From assembly GCA_038523235.1 (NCBI GenBank), contig JBCBJQ010000020.1, positions 15,068-79,067 on the forward strand: DNA of 64,000 bases. The letters are read 5' to 3'. Positions 31,806-42,255 of the stretch are shown in pieces (within the stretch, counting starts at the first letter, position 1; every line of letters starts with the position of its first letter). A program made the position numbers and the translations under genes. The notes beneath the pieces are model-generated. The model did not search any database and was not told the origin of the DNA. It was given only the letters and a program-made list of their open reading frames with translations. The stretch is from Cyanobacteria bacterium J06626_4 (GTDB taxonomy: Bacteria; Cyanobacteriota; Cyanobacteriia; Phormidesmidales; Phormidesmidaceae).

Positions 31806-33644
31806 ATGTCCCCTGAAACCATCATGGCTGACGTACTCGTTGTGGGGGGCGGTACCGGAGGCACAGCCGCCGCCATTCAGGCGGCACGGCGCGGCGCGCA
31901 GACAGTGCTAGTAAGCGAGTTGCCGTGGTTAGGGGGCATGTTGACGGCAGCCGGGGTGGCAGCACCCGATGGTAATGAATTGCGAGCTTGGCAAACCGGC
32001 TTGTGGGGAGCGTTTTTGCGCGCCTTGCAGCAACGACAGCCTGGCGGTTTAGATCATGCTTGGGTGAGCTTTTTTACCTATGAACCCAAAGTCGGTGCGG
32101 CGATCTTTGCCGACTGGGTCAACGCTTTACCCAATTTAAGGTGGATTGTCGGCCCGTTACCCAAAGCGCTGATGCGTCAGGGCGATCGCGTGCAGGGGGT
32201 GCGATTCGACGATCTCACCGTCTACGCCAAAATCACTGTAGATGGCACCGAATTGGGTGATTTGCTCGCCTTGGGTGAGGTTCCTCACCGCTGGGGTTGG
32301 GAAGATCAGAGTCAGTTCTCAGAGCCCAGTGCGCCCCAATCGTTAACCGATCCACATGATCCGCTCCATGCGATTGTTCAGGCCTATCCCGTGCAGTCGC
32401 CGACGTGGGTGGTGCTGATGCAGGATTATGGTGCGGCCCCAGGGGCACCGGCCATTATGCCGACGGCTGACTACGACCCGAGTCAGTTTCAAACCGCGTG
32501 GCAAGGCTATGGCCCCGACCGATTTTTGACCTATGGTCAGCTGCCGCTGCGGCAGTTCATGCTCAATTGGCCGCAGCAGGGCAACGACTATGGGGTGGGG
32601 CTACAGCGTCTGGTGGGCAACCCCGCAGAGCAGCGCGCCTGGGCTAAAGCAGCGATCGCCCACAGTCAAAATTTTGCCCATTTCATTCAATCAGCGTTGG
32701 GGCGGCGATATGGGCTGGCAACTGCAGCCTTTCCGCAAATCCCTGGTCAGTTGGGGGGCGGCGCTTTTGCTCTCATGCCCTATTACCGCGAGAGTCGGCG
32801 GTTGATCGGGCTGACCACGGTGACCGAGCGCGATATTTTGCCCCTGCCCGGTGAGCGAGCGGCGGCCTTGCCAGTGAACGCCAGCGGGCAGATGAGTGCG
32901 ATCGCCATCGGCAACTATCCCAACGATCATCACTATCCCGGTTTTGACCTGCCCTTAGTCCCGAAGGCCGAACGCTGGGGCGGTCGTTGGACGGGAACGC
33001 CGTTCACTATTGCCTACGAAGCCTTGGTACCCGCGGCGATCGAGGGCCTGCTCGCCTGCGATAAAAATATTTCGGTGTCTCACCTGGCTAACGGCGCGAC
33101 CCGCCTGCAGCCTGTGGTGTTGGGGATTGGTCAAGCTGCCGGGATGGCCGCGGCGCTTTGTGTTGAACAGGGATGTGAACCGCGTGAGTTAGCGGTGGAG
33201 GTACTGCAATCGGCCTTGCTCAATGAGCCCACCGCGCCCGCTGCCGTCGTGCCATTAGTGGATAATTTACCCGCTAATCCGGATTGGCGATCGCGGCAAC
33301 TGTATTACCAAAATCATCCAGAAGATTCTTTTCAAACCACTTCTGTCAGCCTTTCATTCCCGCAGTTTTTGAGCAGATCTACGGAAGCGATCCCGAAACT
33401 TTATGAGTTTGAAGGAACCTTAAAGATCAGCGCAACTGGCAGAAGTTGGCAAGCAAAACTACAGTTGTCCGACAATCAGTTGTTGGATGTGGTGACGCTT
33501 GATCCCTCTGTCCATCAGGTGATCAGCCAATTCAAAACCTCACAATTAATCGCGCTCCAGGGTTATCCCAACTGGTCTGCAGGCTGGCTTCAAGTAATAG
33601 CAATAAAAGCCCATTCGCTAGATTCAGAAATATTACGCAGATAA
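31806..33644 (+). CDS. FAD-dependent oxidoreductase
   Basis: DVLVVGGGTGG..AA, DGTELGDL, YYRESRR and RLQP...GIGQAAG. Lies directly upstream of patX. Confidence 0.85.
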   Translation: MSPETIMADVLVVGGGTGGTAAAIQAARRGAQTVLVSELPWLGGMLTAAGVAAPDGNELRAWQTGLWGAFLRALQQRQPGGLDHAWVSFFTYEPKVGAAIFADWVNALPNLRWIVGPLPKALMRQGDRVQGVRFDDLTVYAKITVDGTELGDLLALGEVPHRWGWEDQSQFSEPSAPQSLTDPHDPLHAIVQAYPVQSPTWVVLMQDYGAAPGAPAIMPTADYDPSQFQTAWQGYGPDRFLTYGQLPLRQFMLNWPQQGNDYGVGLQRLVGNPAEQRAWAKAAIAHSQNFAHFIQSALGRRYGLATAAFPQIPGQLGGGAFALMPYYRESRRLIGLTTVTERDILPLPGERAAALPVNASGQMSAIAIGNYPNDHHYPGFDLPLVPKAERWGGRWTGTPFTIAYEALVPAAIEGLLACDKNISVSHLANGATRLQPVVLGIGQAAGMAAALCVEQGCEPRELAVEVLQSALLNEPTAPAAVVPLVDNLPANPDWRSRQLYYQNHPEDSFQTTSVSLSFPQFLSRSTEAIPKLYEFEGTLKISATGRSWQAKLQLSDNQLLDVVTLDPSVHQVISQFKTSQLIALQGYPNWSAGWLQVIAIKAHSLDSEILRR

Positions 33645-33710
33645 ACTTTCCTGAGGAACAATCGACCTCTCTGAAACAAGAGATAGAACCACACAGAGGG
33701 GTCGTCAAAC

Positions 33711-34064
33711 ATGTTTTGTCTACAAAATATCACTCGATACTTTTTGGCCGCAGCCGCCCTAGGCTGCTTGAGCACCAGCGCTATTGCTCCTCAAGGAACG
33801 TTGTATCTCGCTGAGGCGAGCGATTGCGACGAGACCAGTCACCGGGGCAGCGGGCGCATTGTGACGCAAGGACCGGAGGCGATGACTGCTTTAGAAGGCA
33901 TCGCCTATCGCGGCACTGGACGGTTAGAGCAGCAGAACGAACTGAAAGTCAGTCATCGCGGGAGCGGTCGCATCGACAACCAGAGCCCCGATACCCGAGC
34001 GGTTGCCTATCGGGGCTCTGGCCGGGTATCGCCTCGCGGTCTCAGCCGCCTCGAGTTTGTCTAG
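33711..34064 (+). CDS. patX: PatX-like secreted protein with four RG(S/T)GR pentapeptides
   Basis: N-terminal hydrophobic signal; HRGSGR, YRGTGR, HRGSGR, YRGSGR; sits between an FAD oxidoreductase gene and hetR. Confidence 0.85.
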   Translation: MFCLQNITRYFLAAAALGCLSTSAIAPQGTLYLAEASDCDETSHRGSGRIVTQGPEAMTALEGIAYRGTGRLEQQNELKVSHRGSGRIDNQSPDTRAVAYRGSGRVSPRGLSRLEFV

Positions 34065-34412
34065 CTGCGTCCGCTGGCTGCATCCGGCTCCCTAGAGTCC
34101 AGCGGCCAAGACTGTGATGCCGATGTTTGTCGGATATTGCTGAAATGATGTGTTGGGTGCGATTCACTATCGCGCTTTGGGATTAGGAGAACGCCAGTCT
34201 CAGTGGCTCAAGACAACGGCTTTTGACGTCTTTAGGCATCAGAGAGCATCCCCCACTTCCCAAAGTCGCCAAAAACCCCCAAGGGTAGTAGCATCATTAG
34301 CGATTCCGCAAATAGGCTTCCCGATTTTTCGACACTTTGAGGTCATACAGTCCCTGTGGCTCTGTGATCGCTGGGTAGAACAACTGGCTGGTTTCAGCCG
34401 TTCTGTCTTTAA

Positions 34413-35429
<1,017 letters not shown>

Positions 35430-35770
35430 CCCTGACGCCCATCGCCTGGACTGTTTTAAGCCATCGCTCATAAGGCGATCGCGCCATTCCCAACAATGCC
35501 AACCGTCAGGTGTCATTCGCGCCGCGATGCACCGCATTCAGCATGTTTTCAGAGCAGCCTCATCGCCTGCGGTACTTCTCCTGGTTGAGGATGAGGTTGA
35601 AGATCAGACTAATTGCCTGCCCTCAGCTCTCTGGACAGGTTTTGGCCAAGATCAGGAAGGCTGGGGAAGCGTTGCTTGTCAGCACTCACCGCTGAGGTAT
35701 GCCAAATGCTAGTGCAAAATTGAGGCAAAAAGTTACCCTGGCGAAGAGCACTCGGAGGGAAACAGCCGCC

Positions 35771-36589
35771 ATGATCATTGCGCAAATATCAGATCTGCAT
35801 GTACAGCCAGCAGGTCAACGGGCCTACGGCATTGTCGATACTAATCGTTTATTGGCAGCCGCGATCGCCCAGCTCAATCGTCTGCAGCCGCAGCCTGATC
35901 TGGTGGTGGCGAGCGGTGATTTAGTCGATGAGCGCACCGCAGCTGAGTATGAAATGTTGAAATCGCTGCTGGCTCCGCTGCGCGCCCCGCTGTATTTAGC
36001 GATGGGCAACCACGACAATCGCACCGCCTTTCGCGCTGTGTTTCCCGACTTGCCGTACCTGCCGCCGACTGGCTTTGTGCACTATGTGCTGGAAGAGTAT
36101 CCGGTGCGCATTATGGTGCTCGACACGCTAGTCGATGGCGAAGGCTACGGCGATATGGATGCCGAACGGCTGGCCTGGCTGCAAACTCAACTGGCCGTTC
36201 ACCCCCAAAAGCCAACCATCATTTTTATGCACCATCCCCCCTTTGCCACCGGCCTAATGGGGATGGATCAGTCCCGCTGCCGGGGCAACGAAGCCCTAGC
36301 TAACCTGATCGCGCAGTACCCCAACGTGCAGCGGGTGGCCTGTGGTCACCTGCACCGCTCGATTCAAACGATGTGGGCCGGCACCGTGGGCAGTGTGGCG
36401 CCCAGCGTCGCCCATCAAGTTGCCCTCAAGCTGAGCGAAGCCCAACCCCCCGCCCTAGTGATGGAGCCGCCTGCCTTTCACCTACATCTGTGGGATGACG
36501 CTACGGGACTGGTTACCCATACGGCTTTTATCGGTGAGTTTGCCGCCTATTCTTGTCAGACGAAAGCGGCGATCGCGCTCTACGCTTAA
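35771..36589 (+). CDS. Metallophosphoesterase (CpdA/Icc-like cyclic nucleotide phosphodiesterase)
   Basis: ISDLH, SGDL, GNHD, MHHPP and CGHLH. Confidence 0.88.
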   Translation: MIIAQISDLHVQPAGQRAYGIVDTNRLLAAAIAQLNRLQPQPDLVVASGDLVDERTAAEYEMLKSLLAPLRAPLYLAMGNHDNRTAFRAVFPDLPYLPPTGFVHYVLEEYPVRIMVLDTLVDGEGYGDMDAERLAWLQTQLAVHPQKPTIIFMHHPPFATGLMGMDQSRCRGNEALANLIAQYPNVQRVACGHLHRSIQTMWAGTVGSVAPSVAHQVALKLSEAQPPALVMEPPAFHLHLWDDATGLVTHTAFIGEFAAYSCQTKAAIALYA

Positions 36590-36740
36590 ATCAAATGTGG
36601 CAGGCAGACTGCGACAGGTGGCAGTAGACAGGCCCAACTCAGAACATTCCCTAGCCTCTGCTGGCCAGCGATCCAGCCCGCTGAGACCGACTAAGGGCTG
36701 CAGCCTCTACAATTGATTCCACAGGTTTTTGAGCGGGCCT

Positions 36741-38984
36741 ATGCCACTTCCTACTAGGAAACCGGAACTGCCGTCTAATTTATGGCGGGCCCGGTTATCG
36801 CGTCGAATTGTATTTTGGGTCTTTATCAGCATTGTGGTGATTGAGGCAATCATCCTGGTGCCTTCAGTGCTGCGTCGTGAGCGCGAACTGTTGGAATATC
36901 TGCAGGCGCTGTCGGGCGCGCAAGCCGAAGGGGTGCTCAGCACCAAAGGCGATCTGAGTACGGCGAACGATGCCAAGATGCTCGAAAGCCTCGAAAGCTT
37001 GCTGAGCAATGAAGTGGTTTTGGGGGGGGCGCTCTATCGCACCGATCGCACCCCGGTCGGTGAATTTGGCGAAGTCCCAGAGCTAACTCTTGAGGCCGCC
37101 TTATCGCAGGCCCAAAGTCAGAGCGGTGGCGATCGCTATAACCGGCACACGCAGCGTTATGACGCGCTGTCGCAGATGATATCCCTCGGGGGCCGGTACT
37201 ATCTGATCATTCGCCATGATGCCACCTGGGTCGGGCGTGAGTTTTACTTCTTTATTGCCCGCATTACGGGCCTCGTGTTTATCATTTCGGTGTTTGTCAC
37301 CGGCGCAACGATGGTCGTACTTGATCGCTTGGTGATTTCTGCCGTCTTAGCCCTGCGGCGCGATCTGCGGCAGGCAGGCCAGTCCATTCGCCAAAGTGAA
37401 GATGTGCGATCGCTCTCCTTTGAGTCAGTCAAACGCGAAAAACTGCGACAGGATGAACTGGGCGACGTCATCACCACCTTTGAAGAAATGGTGAATCAAG
37501 TCGGTGCCGCCAACACGGAACGAGATCACGCCGAAGCGGCTCTGCGGCTCTCCGAGGAAAAGTTTTCAAAATCGTTTTATGCCAGCCCCAACCCCATGAG
37601 CCTGAGCATTTTCGAAACGGGGGAGCTGCTTGAAGTCAACGATAGCTTTTTAGGATTGTATGGGGCGAGCCGCGACGCCGTGGTGGGCAAAACCGCCGCT
37701 GATTTGGCCCTGTGGGCCGACCTGAGCGATCGCGAGGCGCTGTTAACAATCCTCCAAAAACAGGGATTCGTCCGCAACCAAGAATATCGGTTTCGCACCG
37801 CTGGGCAGCGCTACCGCATCGTGCTGTACTCAGCAGAAATCGTTTTTTTGGATGGCCAACGCTGCATTCTCTCCGTTTCTAACGACATTACCGAGCGCAA
37901 AGCTGCCGAAGAAGCCCTAATCGAAAGCGAACAGCGCTTTCGCACCTTGATTGACCAAGCCACCGATGCCCTGTTTGTCGTGGATTCTGATGGTCGGCTG
38001 ATCGATGCTAACCGCGAGGCCTGTCATACGCTCGGCTATACCCGTGACGAGCTGCTGCAATTGTCAGTCCCAGACGTGCAAAAATCCGTGAGTCTCACCG
38101 ATCTGGAACAGGATTGGCAGCTGCAGCCCGGTGAAGCTACTACCCGTGAGGGCATCCACCAGCGCAAAGACGGTAGCCAGTTTCCCGTTGAGGTGCGGTT
38201 GGGACGCATTGAAATTGGTGGGCGATCAGTGCTGCTGGCGCTGGCTCGCGATATCACCACCCGCCGACAAATGGCCCAAGCCCAAGCGCGACTGGCCGAA
38301 ATTGGTGAACTCGCGGCCATGATCGTCCATGAAGTCCGCAATCCGCTGACCACAGTACTCATGGGCCTCCATTCTTTTGAACAGATGGATTTGCCCGATC
38401 GCGCCAAGATGCGCCTGGCTTTTGCGCTAGAAGAATCTGAGCGACTGCAGCGGCTGCTCAACGAAATTTTGATGTACGCCCGTGAGCAGCAGCTAGATCT
38501 GGCACCGTTAGAGGTGGGGCCATTTCTGCAAACGCTGAGTGATGAATTTAGCCATCAGCCCGTGGCGACTGAACGCACCCTCAAAACCCGAGGCCTCGAT
38601 CAGGCGGGCCATATTGCCGGCGATCGCGATCGGTTGAAACAAGTGTTTATCAACCTGCTTAGTAACGCTTGCGAAGCAGCCCCCGCCGACGAGGTGATCA
38701 CCTGCACCATGATCGAAAGCCCTGACTGTGTGGTGGTGAAGGTTCACAATGGCGGCCCCCCCATTCCCCCCGATGTGCTGCCCAAGTTGACTCAGCCTTT
38801 TTTCACCACCAAATCGAGTGGCAATGGCTTGGGCCTCGCCATCACCCGCCGCATCGTTGAAGCCCACGGCGGCACCCTGCACTTTGCCTCAGCGGCTGAG
38901 ACGGGTACCACCGCGACGGTACAGTTGCCTGTTCACCTCACCTGCAGTGTGAATGGTGATGAAATGGATGCTTCAAGCCGCTGA
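36741..38984 (+). CDS. Membrane sensor histidine kinase (2 TM, HAMP-like, 2 PAS, HisKA, HATPase)
   Basis: DELG HAMP motif, PAS ends (DITERK, RKDGSQFPVEV), HEVRNPL, NLLSNA, PFFTTK and GLGL. Confidence 0.92.
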   Translation: MPLPTRKPELPSNLWRARLSRRIVFWVFISIVVIEAIILVPSVLRRERELLEYLQALSGAQAEGVLSTKGDLSTANDAKMLESLESLLSNEVVLGGALYRTDRTPVGEFGEVPELTLEAALSQAQSQSGGDRYNRHTQRYDALSQMISLGGRYYLIIRHDATWVGREFYFFIARITGLVFIISVFVTGATMVVLDRLVISAVLALRRDLRQAGQSIRQSEDVRSLSFESVKREKLRQDELGDVITTFEEMVNQVGAANTERDHAEAALRLSEEKFSKSFYASPNPMSLSIFETGELLEVNDSFLGLYGASRDAVVGKTAADLALWADLSDREALLTILQKQGFVRNQEYRFRTAGQRYRIVLYSAEIVFLDGQRCILSVSNDITERKAAEEALIESEQRFRTLIDQATDALFVVDSDGRLIDANREACHTLGYTRDELLQLSVPDVQKSVSLTDLEQDWQLQPGEATTREGIHQRKDGSQFPVEVRLGRIEIGGRSVLLALARDITTRRQMAQAQARLAEIGELAAMIVHEVRNPLTTVLMGLHSFEQMDLPDRAKMRLAFALEESERLQRLLNEILMYAREQQLDLAPLEVGPFLQTLSDEFSHQPVATERTLKTRGLDQAGHIAGDRDRLKQVFINLLSNACEAAPADEVITCTMIESPDCVVVKVHNGGPPIPPDVLPKLTQPFFTTKSSGNGLGLAITRRIVEAHGGTLHFASAAETGTTATVQLPVHLTCSVNGDEMDASSR

Positions 38985-39145
38985 ACTCAGCCTCTGGCGA
39001 TCGCGGGGCAACCCGTACCTTGGCCTTCGGAATTCACCGCCGCTGCCGCCTGAAGTCTCTTTTAACCTTTCGTTACAATCAGGACATTAAAGCGGATTGA
39101 TGGCGAAACCGGTCAAGCCGCGCTCAACGTTTTCGAGGTGCCCAC

Positions 39146-40285
39146 ATGAATGGCAACTTACGGGTCGGTAACCTGTTTGGGATTCCCTTCTATGTCAATG
39201 TCTCTTGGTTTTTAGTTTTAGCTCTAATCACGTGGAACTACGGCAGTGCTCTGTCCGGGGCCTTTCCGACGTTGCCGGGCACGATGCCTTGGCTGCTGGG
39301 GTTGTCGGCGGCGCTACTGCTGTTTAGCTCGGTGTTAGCCCATGAGCTGGGTCACAGCTTTGCGGCCATCCAGCAAGGGATTGGTGTCAACTCTATCACG
39401 CTGTTTTTGTTCGGTGGGCTCGCAGCTCTTGAAAAAGAGTCCGACAATCCTGGCGGTGCCTTCAAGGTGGCGATCGCCGGACCGGTGGTCAGTCTGGTGT
39501 TGTTTGTGCTGCTTTCCACCGTGGGTCAGGTGCTCTCTCTGGGCGGGCCGGTGGGCGCGATCGTGTCGCTGTTGGCTTACATCAACTTGGCCTTGGGCGT
39601 ATTTAACCTGCTGCCTGGGCTGCCGCTAGACGGGGGCAATGTGCTTAAGGCGATTGTCTGGAAGGTGACCGGTAACCCCTATAAGGGCACTGCGTTTGCG
39701 AGTCGGGCCGGACAGGTGATCGGCTGGTTCGCGATCGGCATCGGTACTGCCGCCATCCTCGGCATTAGCACGTTTGGTAGCAGCTGGACGCTGCTCATCG
39801 GCTGGTTTTTGCTTAGCAACGCCAACCGCTCTGCGCAATCAGCATCCGTGCAGCAGCGTCTGGATGGTCTCACTGCCCAAGATGCACTGGTCGACAACAG
39901 TCCCATCGTGGCTCAGCAAGCTTCGTTGCGAGAGTTTGCTGATGAGGTGCTGCTGAACTCAACGGGCAACTGGCAGCGGTTTTTAGTGGTGGACACCGCG
40001 GGCCAGCTAGTCGGCACGATCTCGGTAGAGGCGCTGCAGACGGTGTCTCGCGATCGCTGGGCCGTGACGACTGTGGGCGATGTGATGACAGCCGAAACGG
40101 CGCTCACCACCATTCGCTCTAACGAATCACTCCTCGACGTTGTGCAAACCCTTGAGGCGAAAAAGCTCTCGGTGCTCGCCGTGATTCGCGACAATGGTCA
40201 GCTAATGGGGCTGCTAGAAAAACGGGCGATTGTTCGGCTAATGCAGGGGCAAGCCTCCGAAATCAATCCAGCACCGGCCAAGTAG
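39146..40285 (+). CDS. Site-2 protease (M50) with CBS domains
   Basis: HELGH, AGP and FNLLPGLPLDGG, with a C-terminal CBS pair. Confidence 0.92.
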   Translation: MNGNLRVGNLFGIPFYVNVSWFLVLALITWNYGSALSGAFPTLPGTMPWLLGLSAALLLFSSVLAHELGHSFAAIQQGIGVNSITLFLFGGLAALEKESDNPGGAFKVAIAGPVVSLVLFVLLSTVGQVLSLGGPVGAIVSLLAYINLALGVFNLLPGLPLDGGNVLKAIVWKVTGNPYKGTAFASRAGQVIGWFAIGIGTAAILGISTFGSSWTLLIGWFLLSNANRSAQSASVQQRLDGLTAQDALVDNSPIVAQQASLREFADEVLLNSTGNWQRFLVVDTAGQLVGTISVEALQTVSRDRWAVTTVGDVMTAETALTTIRSNESLLDVVQTLEAKKLSVLAVIRDNGQLMGLLEKRAIVRLMQGQASEINPAPAK

Positions 40286-40355
40286 CCTAACGCTTAAGAC
40301 AGTAAACCGGTTCCAACAAAAATCTGAACCGGTTTATTGACCGCTTGCTTATACC

Positions 40356-40392
40356 AAAAGCGCCGTTCACATTAGTTGTGAACGGCGCTTTT
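40356..40392. terminator. Bidirectional terminator between the M50 gene and the tRNA
   Basis: AAAAGCGCCGTTCAC-loop-GTGAACGGCGCTTTT. Confidence 0.8.
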
Positions 40393-40400
40393 AAGTTGCT

Positions 40401-40477
<77 letters not shown>

Positions 40478-40619
40478 TCGGCTTATCCACTATAGCGAAT
40501 AATGTTCGAGTTAGACGAAAAATCAGCATTGAATCTCAATCGAATTCTCGATATCGGCCGAAACGCCATGCAGCAACCGTCTGACTATCCGCAGATGAAT
40601 ACTTTCAGAGCCGATTTTC

Positions 40620-41123
40620 TCACGTGTCATCTTGGGGCATCGTTGCCTCACCCTCATCGGTGACAACGTTTAGCTCTGTGTCAAACGTCGTCGTGGCTTT
40701 TTCCAGCTCAGCATTGAGGGCAGCGGCGGCAGCTTCATTAGCCGCTTTAAGCTTGGCGGCCGCGGCCGCTTGTTCGGCTTGAAGGACTTGCTCAATCTCT
40801 AGGCTTTTGGTTTCAAGGGTCTCCTCGTCGGCTATCGGCGCGGTCTCGACGCTATCGCTGGTCTGACCATTCGGCTCATCCAAGGGCGCGATCGCGGCGT
40901 CTGGTTCGAGATCGGGGGTGTCGTCTGGTGGAACCGGGGTGTCGCTGGTCGTGGTCACACTGGCAGGGCGATCGCTTTGCTGCAGCTGATCCGATACCGA
41001 TTCCAACTGGGGCAAATCTTCGATAGCTGTTGGGCTACAGGCGGCGGTACTAATTAGCAGGCACACTAACGCCAGGGTGGCGATGCAGCGTCGGCCGAGG
41101 GCGGTCAGTTTCATAAAGGGCAT
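40620..41123 (-). CDS. Hypothetical acidic lipoprotein
   Basis: Signal peptide with TAAC lipobox and a low-complexity acidic/Ala-rich body. Confidence 0.6.
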   Translation of the reverse strand: MPFMKLTALGRRCIATLALVCLLISTAACSPTAIEDLPQLESVSDQLQQSDRPASVTTTSDTPVPPDDTPDLEPDAAIAPLDEPNGQTSDSVETAPIADEETLETKSLEIEQVLQAEQAAAAAKLKAANEAAAAALNAELEKATTTFDTELNVVTDEGEATMPQDDT

Positions 41124-41355
41124 GGTTTGATGACTAAGAGCAGCGCGAGAGCGGAGCGAAACGCTGAGGGAATGGGAAAATCACACCCCAATTTTAGGGG
41201 ACTTTGCATTGGGTTCTCTCTAGAATTGGCGCTACCGGCACAAAATCATGTTGACTGCGACAGCCTTGATCCGGTGGGCAGTCATTTATCGCTTTTGAGG
41301 GATGAAATTGCGCGATCGCGGCTAATACAATAGCGTTACGAATCATTTTGTCCGA

Positions 41356-41778
41356 ATGAATAATACTGCCAAGCTCAAGCAACTCAACCGTATTCGCCGC
41401 CTCACTCGCCTGATGGATACGGCTTTCAAAGTGCCAGGGTTGGGGCTCAAGGTGGGGCTAGACCCGATTGTGGGATTAATACCGGGAATTGGTGATGTGC
41501 TCTCAACCGCGACATCTGCCTACATCATCTTTTTGGCCACTCAGTTTCGGTTGCCGACTGGCACTATTGGCAAAATGGCGATGAATGTCGGCTTAGAGTT
41601 TTTGGTCGGTGCGATGCCCCTGTTTGGCGACGTTTTTGATGCTTTCTTTAAGTCAAATGTGCGTAATTTGGCGTTGCTAGAGGCGCATCTTGCCGCTGAG
41701 TCCCCCACGCTAGAAGCTGATGATGAGTTCAATCTCGCCAGCGTTTCGCCCAGCTTGAGTGAAGTTCGAGGCGGATAG
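41356..41778 (+). CDS. DUF4112 family membrane protein
   Basis: LMD.AF.VPG...GLDPIVGLIPGIGD and GD.FD..FK.N.RN. Confidence 0.85.
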   Translation: MNNTAKLKQLNRIRRLTRLMDTAFKVPGLGLKVGLDPIVGLIPGIGDVLSTATSAYIIFLATQFRLPTGTIGKMAMNVGLEFLVGAMPLFGDVFDAFFKSNVRNLALLEAHLAAESPTLEADDEFNLASVSPSLSEVRGG

Positions 41779-41846
41779 TCTTTGCCAGCAGCTTGTCGTC
41801 TCGATCGCGGGCTCTGCGGCTATCTGCACTACATCAATTTTTGAGC

Positions 41847-42028
41847 TAAGGAACAAGGATTAAATAAAGTTCTCAATTTGTCTGAAACAAATCTGACCAC
41901 ATTTCCCTTCCTGGGAGGGGCTTACGGGGTGGGTTAACCACTAATGCTTGAGATCGACCCCACCCCGCCCTGCGGGCACCCCTCCCGAGAGGGGAGAAAT
42001 TGACACATTATTAAGTTCCCAATCCTAA
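41847..42028. repeat. MITE/REP-like palindromic dispersed element
   Basis: Inner arms TCCCTTCCTGGGAGGGG..GGGGTGGG and CCCACCCC..CCCCTCCCGAGAGGGGA, with loosely inverted AT-rich ends; non-coding, between convergent genes. Confidence 0.55.
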
Positions 42029-42255
42029 CTGGTTTTGAACTAACTGATGTTGAGCTAATTGGGCTCAACACCAGCACTCAATATTTGGCTAACGTTCAGC
42101 TGTAATTCGGAGAAAGTTGGAGAAATCAGGCGATCGCCCTGGCGTAATTGCTGGGTTTGATATTCCCCCTCCACCCATTGGCAGAGCAGTCATGGTGTTG
42201 GTCGAGCCTCTCTAGACGCAAACCTTAACGTTAATCATAACGAGCAGAATTAAGG

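Noticed and set aside
33278..33283. TCCGGA (DIF1-like motif) upstream of patX
   Set aside because: A single hexamer inside the oxidoreductase CDS, about 430 bp from patX; expected by chance.
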